Assembly (NCBI GenBank): GCA_965206595.1
Contig: OZ242214.1
Coordinates: forward strand, 5,152,001-5,216,000
DNA: 64,000 nucleotides
Reading direction: 5' to 3'
Source of the DNA: Candidatus Latescibacterota bacterium
Lineage (GTDB): Bacteria; Latescibacterota; UBA2968; UBA8231
This document shows positions 57,185-64,000 of this stretch, piece after piece; position 1 is the first letter of the stretch, and each line of letters begins with the position of its first letter. The position numbers and the translations under genes are program-made. The notes beneath the pieces were generated by a model. The model ran no database searches, had not been told where the DNA came from, and saw nothing but the letters and a program-made list of their open reading frames with translations.

Positions 57185-59710
57185 ATGCAGGAGCAACGAG
57201 AGTCGCGAATAATACCGGTCAAGGTCGAGGACGAGATAAAGACCTCCTACCTCGACTATTCCATGAGCGTCAACATGGCGCGAGCGTTGCCGGATGTGCG
57301 CGATGGCCTCAAACCCTCGCAACGGCGCATTCTGGTGGCGATGAACGACCTCAACCTCTTGCCGGGGCGCGGGTTCCGGAAGTGCGCCAAGATCTCTGGC
57401 GACACCTCCGGCAACTACCATCCCCACGGGGACGAGGGAGTGTATTCCACCCTCGTGCACATGGCGCAGGATTTCCGGCTGCGCTACCCGCTCGTTGACG
57501 GCCAAGGCAACTTCGGCTCCATCGATGGCTACCCTCCGGCGGCCATGCGCTACACGGAGGCTCGCCTGACCCCGGCCGCTGTCGAAATGCTGGCCGACAT
57601 CGACCGGGACACCGTTGACTTTGTCGACAACTACGACGAGACCCGCCAGGAACCTGCGGTGCTGCCGGCGAAATTTCCGAACCTCTTGTGCAACGGGTCG
57701 GTTGGCATCGGGGTCGGCATGGCGACAAGGATTCCGCCTCACAACGTCCGGGAAGTCGCCGATGCGCTGTCGGCGCTAATCGACGACCCCGAGATCGGGC
57801 TTGCCGAATTGATGGAGAAAATCAAGGCACCCGATTTCCCCACTGGGGGGGTCATCCAGGGGATGCACGGGGTGCAAATGGCGTACCGCAGCGGTCGCGG
57901 TTCGATCCAGCTGCGCGCACGCACCCATATCGAGACGCGGAGGGACGGACGCGAGAACATCATCGTCACCGAGATTCCGTTCTTGATCGACAAGTCGACG
58001 CTGGTGGAGAAAATGTACGACTTGGTGCGCAACAAAACGGTCGAAGACGTCGCAAACATCCGCGACGAATCGGGCCGCGGCGGAATGCGTATCGTCGTCG
58101 AGCTCAAGCGGTCGGCGCAGTCGGAAGTCGTCCTGAATCAGCTGTTCTCGCACAGCATGCTGCAGGCGACCTTCGGCGTGATGATGCTGGCAGTCGTCAA
58201 CGGCCGCCCGGAGATCCTCAATCTCAAGCAGATGCTGGAGCACTACGTCGCGCACCGCCACGACGTGATTCTCCGGCGCACTCGCTTCGACCTAGCCAAA
58301 GCCGAGGCGCGCGCCCATATTCTCGAAGGCCTGCGCATCGCCCTCGACAACATAGACGCCGCGATCGAGCTGATCAGAGATTCCGCCAATCCCGACGAAG
58401 CCCGACAACGACTGACGGCGCGCTTCGAACTGAGCGAGATCCAGGCACTGGCGATTCTGACGATGCCGTTGCAGCGGCTGACCGGCCTCGAGCGGGACAA
58501 GATCGAAGAGGAATACCAGAACCTGCAGGAGACGATTCGCCAGCTCAAACACATCCTCGAGAACCGCGACGCGCAGATGCAGATTCTCCAGGACGAACTA
58601 GCCGACCTTCGCGAGCGCTTCGGCGATGAGCGCCGCACCGAGATCGTCTACTCCGCCGAAGAGTTCGACATCGAGGATCTGATCGCCGAAGAGGACATGG
58701 TGGTCACCATCTCCAAGGCGGGTTACGTCAAACGGATGTCGCCGAACGCCTACCGCGTACAGCAGCGCGGCGGTCGCGGGGTGACGGGAATGAAGACGCG
58801 GGAGGAGGATTTCGTCGAGCATCTGTTCATCGCCTCGACGCACTCGTACATCCTTTTCCTCACCGCCCGGGGCCAGTGCAGGTGGCTCAAAGTGTACCGT
58901 ATTCCAGAAGGGGATCGGGCGGCTCGCGGGCGACCTGTGGTCAACCTCCTCGACCTGCAGTCGGACGACGTCATTTCGGCGGTGGTCGCGGTCGGCGAAT
59001 TTGCCGAGGACCGGTTCCTGTTTACCGCCACCCGCAAGGGAATCGTCAAGAAAACGGTGCTGTCCGCCTATGGAAACGTTCGCCGCGACGGCATCATTGC
59101 CCTCAAGGTTCAGGAGGACGACGATCTGATCGATGCCTCGATCACCGACGGCAGCGACGACGTTATGCTGGTGACGCGCAGTGGTCAGGCGGTGCGGTTC
59201 ACGGAGAGGGACGTGCGCCCCATGGGGCGCGTGTCAACTGGCGTAAAGGGGATCGAACTGCGTGGCGGTGACGAAGTGGTCGACATGGTCGTCCTGCGCG
59301 GACAGGGCAGCATACTGACAATCTGCGAGCACGGCTACGGGAAGCGAACCGAGCCTCAGGAGTATTCCCGGATTCGCCGCGGCGGAATGGGCGTCATCGA
59401 TATCAAAACGACCGCCCGCAACGGATCGGTAGTGGCATGCAGGGAGGTAACCGAGAGCGACGAGGTGATGATCGTCACCCAAAACGGAATCATGATTCGC
59501 GTTCCAGTCGCGGCAATCCGCAAGATCGGCCGAAATACCCAGGGAGTCAGGGTCATCAATCTCGACACGGGGGACCGGGTCATCGACATGACGCGAGTGG
59601 CACAAAACCGCGAAGTCAACGGAGAGGGCCCGGCCATGGGGGGAAACAGCGATCCGATGGAGGACGCAGGCAACGGAAGCGGGCCTCCACCAGGACCCGC
59701 CGCCGGCTGA
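57185..59710 (+). CDS. gyrA: DNA gyrase subunit A
   Basis: 'RALPDVRDGLKP', 'YHPHGD', 'AAMRYTE', GyrA-box 'QQRGGRG'. Confidence 0.98.
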   Translation: MQEQRESRIIPVKVEDEIKTSYLDYSMSVNMARALPDVRDGLKPSQRRILVAMNDLNLLPGRGFRKCAKISGDTSGNYHPHGDEGVYSTLVHMAQDFRLRYPLVDGQGNFGSIDGYPPAAMRYTEARLTPAAVEMLADIDRDTVDFVDNYDETRQEPAVLPAKFPNLLCNGSVGIGVGMATRIPPHNVREVADALSALIDDPEIGLAELMEKIKAPDFPTGGVIQGMHGVQMAYRSGRGSIQLRARTHIETRRDGRENIIVTEIPFLIDKSTLVEKMYDLVRNKTVEDVANIRDESGRGGMRIVVELKRSAQSEVVLNQLFSHSMLQATFGVMMLAVVNGRPEILNLKQMLEHYVAHRHDVILRRTRFDLAKAEARAHILEGLRIALDNIDAAIELIRDSANPDEARQRLTARFELSEIQALAILTMPLQRLTGLERDKIEEEYQNLQETIRQLKHILENRDAQMQILQDELADLRERFGDERRTEIVYSAEEFDIEDLIAEEDMVVTISKAGYVKRMSPNAYRVQQRGGRGVTGMKTREEDFVEHLFIASTHSYILFLTARGQCRWLKVYRIPEGDRAARGRPVVNLLDLQSDDVISAVVAVGEFAEDRFLFTATRKGIVKKTVLSAYGNVRRDGIIALKVQEDDDLIDASITDGSDDVMLVTRSGQAVRFTERDVRPMGRVSTGVKGIELRGGDEVVDMVVLRGQGSILTICEHGYGKRTEPQEYSRIRRGGMGVIDIKTTARNGSVVACREVTESDEVMIVTQNGIMIRVPVAAIRKIGRNTQGVRVINLDTGDRVIDMTRVAQNREVNGEGPAMGGNSDPMEDAGNGSGPPPGPAAG

Positions 59711-59823
59711 GGGAATCGCCGTATGCTCCTGTATTTCAACTGGTTAGTCGATACTTGGCGAGTTGACGATCGGCTTTGATCGGTTATATTCCGACACTTC
59801 GGCCGACAAGGAAATCCAGTCTC

Positions 59824-59910
59824 GGAGGGCTAGACCTAATTGGTAAGGCAGCGGTCTTGAAAACCGCCGGGTTCACACCCTTGTGGGTTCGAGTCCCACG
59901 CCCTCCGCCA
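59824..59910 (+). tRNA. tRNA-Ser (UGA)
   Basis: GGAGGGC...CTTGAAA...GGTTCGAGTCC...GCCCTCCGCCA; long variable arm. Confidence 0.95.
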
Positions 59911-59939
59911 AGCGAACGTCCCGCCCGTGCGGGAAATAC

Positions 59940-60031
<92 letters not shown>

Positions 60032-60037
60032 GTTATC

Positions 60038-60111
60038 TGCCCCCTCGTTCAATGGTAGGACACATGACTCTGGATCATGTTATCGGGGTTCGAATCCCTG
60101 GGGGGCAGCCA
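60038..60111 (+). tRNA. tRNA-Gln (CUG)
   Basis: TGCCCCC...CTCTGGA...GGTTCGAATCC...GGGGGCAGCCA. Confidence 0.95.
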
Positions 60112-60139
60112 ACATGAACCGCCTTCAAAGCGGACCGTC

Positions 60140-60176
60140 GAAGACCCCTGAAGCGCTGGCTCGGGGGTCTTCTTTT
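60140..60176 (+). terminator. Rho-independent terminator after the tRNA cluster
   Basis: GAAGACCCCT...GGGGGTCTTC followed by TTTT. Confidence 0.65.
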
Positions 60177-60235
60177 CAGAAAGGAGGGGTGACCAATTGC
60201 AAAAAAACCCGGGCGCCATGCGGGCGAAAAACTCA

Positions 60236-60814
60236 ATGAATCTCGTACCATGGGTGCTATCCACCCTGGTGTGGGGGTTGGCGCATGCAGCCGGTGCCGA
60301 GACCTACGCAGTCGACCCATCTCACTCCTCCGTAGGTTTCAGTATCCGCCATCTTGTCGGTCGCACTAGCGGGCACTTCAACAAATTCAGCGGCACCGTC
60401 ACATACGACTCCGCATCACCCCAGACCACCACCTTTTCGGGGATTATCCAGGCCAAAAGCATCGACACCGGCAATGAGCGCCGCGACAACCACCTGAGAA
60501 GCGCCGACTTCTTCGACGTCGCCAAATACCCGCACATCGAGTTTGACAGCACATCGGTGAAGAAAGGGGTGGAAGACCGCCTCGAGGTAGCCGGGACACT
60601 TTCTCTCCACGGGTTGACGAAGCCGGTGACCTTTCCGGTAGAGGTACTCGGGGTAGGGGTTCATCCGATGAACGGGAAGGCGGTTGCCGGGTTCGCCGCA
60701 GAGTTGACGGTGAAGCGTTCCGACTACGGCGTCGACAACTGGACCGATGCTGCCGGCGTTCTCGGAGACGAGGTGAAGATTACTGTACTGATAGAGGCGC
60801 TCGGCGGGGAGTAG
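60236..60814 (+). CDS. YceI-family periplasmic polyisoprenoid-binding protein
   Basis: Signal peptide, 'DPSHSSVGFSIRH', 'RDNHLRSADFFDV', 'KRSDYG'. Confidence 0.92.
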   Translation: MNLVPWVLSTLVWGLAHAAGAETYAVDPSHSSVGFSIRHLVGRTSGHFNKFSGTVTYDSASPQTTTFSGIIQAKSIDTGNERRDNHLRSADFFDVAKYPHIEFDSTSVKKGVEDRLEVAGTLSLHGLTKPVTFPVEVLGVGVHPMNGKAVAGFAAELTVKRSDYGVDNWTDAAGVLGDEVKITVLIEALGGE

Positions 60815-60844
60815 CGAAGATCGGAAGCGCGCTAGCCGCTGCTC

Positions 60845-61972
60845 ATGAAGACCGCTGAGTCGCGCTTGGCATGGGCCCTGCTGGCACCTGCACTCACTGT
60901 TCTGGGGGTCTTCGGCGTATTCCCGATCGGCTACGCCCTCTTCGTCAGCCTGCACCGTTGGCGCCTGAAGAAGGGGGATTTCGTTGCCCTCGATCACTAC
61001 CGACGTGCCTTGGGCGAAGTCCAATTCGTCGGGCTGATCCTCCTGGCTGTGGCGGCGTGGCTGCTGTCGGTATGGGTTGTCAGGCGGCGCCGGTCACACC
61101 GGCAACAGCACAGATTGCTCCAGGCCATCGGGGCCGGGCTCGGTGTCACGGCGGCACTCGCTGCGGTTGCAGGAGTCGCCGGAATGGCGGGCTCGGGCGA
61201 CCCGCGGCTCTTCAATGCCTTTCTGGTAACCGCATTCTACGCCTTCGGGACGATCCCGATAGAGGTTGGCGCCTCGATGCTGCTAGCCTATCTGCTTTTC
61301 CGGGCGGCGCTGGGCAGGGGGGGGTTCCGCGTCCTCTACTTTCTGCCCTACGTCACCCCGATGATCGCTACCGCGGTCTTGTTCCGCACCCTTTTCAGTC
61401 CACACCCCTCATCGTTCGCCAACCGCTTCTGGGGGGTTCTCGGCTTCGAACACCAACGGTGGTTGTTCGAGAGCCGATCCATCGCGGCGCTGGTCTGCGA
61501 GGGTTTCGAGCTCGCCTGTCCAGCGTGGGCAAATGCATTTTTCCCCAGTCTGGCACTCGTCTCCATAGTGCTCTACAACGTCTGGGTCTATATCGGTTAC
61601 GACACGGTGATCCTGCTGGCCGGCCTGAGTGCAATTCCCCGCCACTACTACGAAGCGGCTGCCATAGACGGCGCCAATGCGTTGCAGTCCTTTCGCCATG
61701 TAACGGTTCCGCTGATTTCACCCACCCTGTTTTTCATAACACTGGTCGGCTTTATCGGAACCTTCAAGGCCTTCAATCACATCTACATCCTGCGCACCGC
61801 TGGCGCCCGCGATACCGTCGACGTGGTCAGCATCCTGATTTTCGATCGCCTCTACAACTACCAGGACGCTGGTTACGCCTCCTGCCTGTCGCTGATTCTG
61901 TTCGTCGCGATTCTCGCCTTGACGCTTGCCCAGAACCGCTTGCTGGGACGGCGCGTGTTCTACGGGGAGTGA
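60845..61972 (+). CDS. Carbohydrate ABC transporter permease 1
   Basis: 'YFLPYVTP', EAA loop 'YEAAAIDGA'. Confidence 0.9.
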   Translation: MKTAESRLAWALLAPALTVLGVFGVFPIGYALFVSLHRWRLKKGDFVALDHYRRALGEVQFVGLILLAVAAWLLSVWVVRRRRSHRQQHRLLQAIGAGLGVTAALAAVAGVAGMAGSGDPRLFNAFLVTAFYAFGTIPIEVGASMLLAYLLFRAALGRGGFRVLYFLPYVTPMIATAVLFRTLFSPHPSSFANRFWGVLGFEHQRWLFESRSIAALVCEGFELACPAWANAFFPSLALVSIVLYNVWVYIGYDTVILLAGLSAIPRHYYEAAAIDGANALQSFRHVTVPLISPTLFFITLVGFIGTFKAFNHIYILRTAGARDTVDVVSILIFDRLYNYQDAGYASCLSLILFVAILALTLAQNRLLGRRVFYGE

Positions 61973-61975
61973 GTT

Positions 61976-62824
61976 ATGGAGCGGGCAAGGTATCTGCCAC
62001 GGCTGGTTCCCTGGCTGATGTATTCCGGGCTGGCTCTCGGCGCGGTGATTGCAGGACTCCCGTTTGCGTGGATGCTGCTGGCCTCCTTCATGACCCGGGG
62101 TGAAACCCTAAGGAGGGTGTTCGCCCCCGCGGAGCTGCAATGGAGCAACTACATCAGGGCATGGAGGGAGGAGGACTTCGCTCTATATTTCGAAAATTCG
62201 CTTCTGATCGCGGCGCTGCAGGTCAGCGGAACCCTGCTGTTCTCCCTGCTGGCGGCGTACGCACTGGCGCGCCTGCGGTTCAAGGGCCGCGAGTTTGTCT
62301 TCTACGGCATACTCGCAACCCTGATGGTTCCCGAAACGGTCACCATGGTGCCGAACTTTCTTACCGTGTCGTGGCTTCACCAGCGCAGCCCATTTGACTG
62401 GATCAACAACTGGCCGGCCCTCACGATTCCATTCATGGGCAGCGCCTTCAGCATTTTCCTGCTGCGCCAGTTCATGCGCGGCATACCGAGCGAGCTCTGG
62501 GACGCGGCCCGCATCGACGGCGCCGGACATATGCGGTTTCTGTTCCAGGTCGCGGCTCCCCTGTGCCGGGCCCCCCTGCTGACGGTCGGCATGTTTACCC
62601 TGATCGGATCCTGGAACGCCCTGGGATGGCCGCTGCTGGTCACCAATTCGCCCGAGTGGCGGCCGATTTCGGTAGCCCTGCAGAAATTCGTCAGCGAAGC
62701 CGGACCCGAGGTGCATTTGCAGATGGCGGGAGCCGTAATCGCCACCGTACCGGTCCTGTTGATCTACGCCCTTGTTCAACGGGAGTTCACCTCGGGGATA
62801 TCGATGTCGGGACTGAAAGGATGA
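61976..62824 (+). CDS. Carbohydrate ABC transporter permease 2
   Basis: 'LLRQF..GIPSELWDAARIDGA'. Confidence 0.9.
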   Translation: MERARYLPRLVPWLMYSGLALGAVIAGLPFAWMLLASFMTRGETLRRVFAPAELQWSNYIRAWREEDFALYFENSLLIAALQVSGTLLFSLLAAYALARLRFKGREFVFYGILATLMVPETVTMVPNFLTVSWLHQRSPFDWINNWPALTIPFMGSAFSIFLLRQFMRGIPSELWDAARIDGAGHMRFLFQVAAPLCRAPLLTVGMFTLIGSWNALGWPLLVTNSPEWRPISVALQKFVSEAGPEVHLQMAGAVIATVPVLLIYALVQREFTSGISMSGLKG

Positions 62825-64000
62825 GGCGAACGGGAAGTGGTCCGGTGCTGCTGCTCGTAACGGCAATCGCACTGTGCTGCGGAGAACACCGGGGAGACGG
62901 CGCCGGACAGGTAGCGGGGACTCCTTCTCCGGAAGCGGTCGACCCGTCGGGGACAGAGGTCGTCTTCTGGTACCAGCACACCCAGATGCGAGAAGAGGCG
63001 CTGCTGGAGCTGATCGAAGACTTCAACCGCACCAATTCTCACGGAATTCGCGTGCGCGGCGAGTTCGCGGGGCGGTACAGCGACATCTACAACAAGATGA
63101 TGGTCGGCCTGCAGGGTGGAGAGCTGCCCGAGCTCGTCGTCGCCTACCAGAACCAGGCCGTTGTCTACGACATGGGGGAAGGCCTGGTTGATCTCACCCC
63201 GTACATGATCTCGCCGAAATGGGGATTGAGCGCATCCGAACGGGAGGACTACGTGCAGGCCTTCCTCGCCCAGGATTTCATCAACGGCAAGCAGATCAGC
63301 TTTCCGCCCAACCGTTCCCTGGAAATCCTTTACTACAACGCCGACTGGCTGCGCGAGCTCGGTGTTGAGGAACCCCCGTCGACCTGGGAAGAATTTGCGC
63401 GCCTCTGCCGGCTTGCCCAGTTCCAGCCGTTTCGCCCGGCGCAGCCGGTCAGTCGCAGCAAGGGATACCTGTTCGAGGCCGAAGCGAGCCGCATGGCCAC
63501 CATGGTTTTCACGCGGGGCGGTGACTTCATGGACGCGGAGCGAACCGCCTATACCCTCGACACGCCGGAGATGCGGCAGGCCCTCGCCATGATGCAGGGC
63601 CTGATCGGGGAAGGGGCGGCAGATCTGCTCAGCGATCGCTACGAAGACCAGACCGAGTTCGCGCTCGGTCTGGTCCTGTTCATGATCCGCTCCTCCTCCG
63701 GCCTGCCGTTCGTGGCCAGCGCCCTGGCCGATGCCCCGACCCGGTTCGCATGGGATGTGGCACTGCCGCCTCGAGACGGGGAGGACCCCGTGATCAACGC
63801 TTACGGGGCCAGTGTATCGGTGTGTCGCTCGACGCCGGAGAAACAACTGGCCTCCTGGCTGTTTCTCAAGTGGTTCACCGCCCCGGAGCAGCAGGCGCGC
63901 TGGGTCAAGGCGAGCAACTACTTCCCGGTTCGCCGCAGCGCGGCGGGGCAGCTCACCGGCTACTTTGAGAAGAACCCACGCTACGGCAAGGCGTACGGCT
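62821..64000 (+). CDS. ABC transporter substrate-binding lipoprotein (runs off the window)
   Basis: ATGA overlap with the permease stop; 'IALCCG' lipobox-like, 'FWYQH', 'LYYNADWL', 'SWLFLKWF'; no stop before 64000. Confidence 0.85.
   Translation, partial: MRRTGSGPVLLLVTAIALCCGEHRGDGAGQVAGTPSPEAVDPSGTEVVFWYQHTQMREEALLELIEDFNRTNSHGIRVRGEFAGRYSDIYNKMMVGLQGGELPELVVAYQNQAVVYDMGEGLVDLTPYMISPKWGLSASEREDYVQAFLAQDFINGKQISFPPNRSLEILYYNADWLRELGVEEPPSTWEEFARLCRLAQFQPFRPAQPVSRSKGYLFEAEASRMATMVFTRGGDFMDAERTAYTLDTPEMRQALAMMQGLIGEGAADLLSDRYEDQTEFALGLVLFMIRSSSGLPFVASALADAPTRFAWDVALPPRDGEDPVINAYGASVSVCRSTPEKQLASWLFLKWFTAPEQQARWVKASNYFPVRRSAAGQLTGYFEKNPRYGKAYG

Overview
A 64 kb GC-rich bacterial chromosomal segment spanning the replication origin. 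Lineage is inferred from gene content and order only: probably FCB-superphylum/Latescibacterota-like. Left of the origin, in order: mntR-like regulator, gap, a PhyH dioxygenase and a type-2 LDH, tRNA-Sec, a translation cluster (rplI, DUF2232, rpsF, hppA, pth, rplY, tRNA-Gln, ispE), a TPR/sigma54-activator/HtrA/M24-peptidase block, a System I cytochrome c maturation cluster with a CxxxY-type CcmE split by nested IS elements (ISKra4-like inside an IS4 remnant), two tandem DUF151 nucleases, a dihaem cytochrome c, an IS256 element, sucCD, E. coli-type frdABCD, rpmA/rplU, rne, ctpA, tmk, a CDP-alcohol phosphatidyltransferase, rsmG (containing two parS sites), mnmE, yidC, yidD, rnpA and rpmH. Then dnaA-oriC-dnaN-recF-dciA-gyrB-gyrA, three tRNAs, YceI and a carbohydrate ABC transporter. 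Most of the window is housekeeping, with no CRISPR array, prophage or defence island. The most unusual signals are non-coding: tandem NrdR-box-like operators 32 bp apart inside the IS256 left end, and a ~170-nt rod-shaped hairpin next to selC. All calls come from visual motif recognition; no database searches were run.
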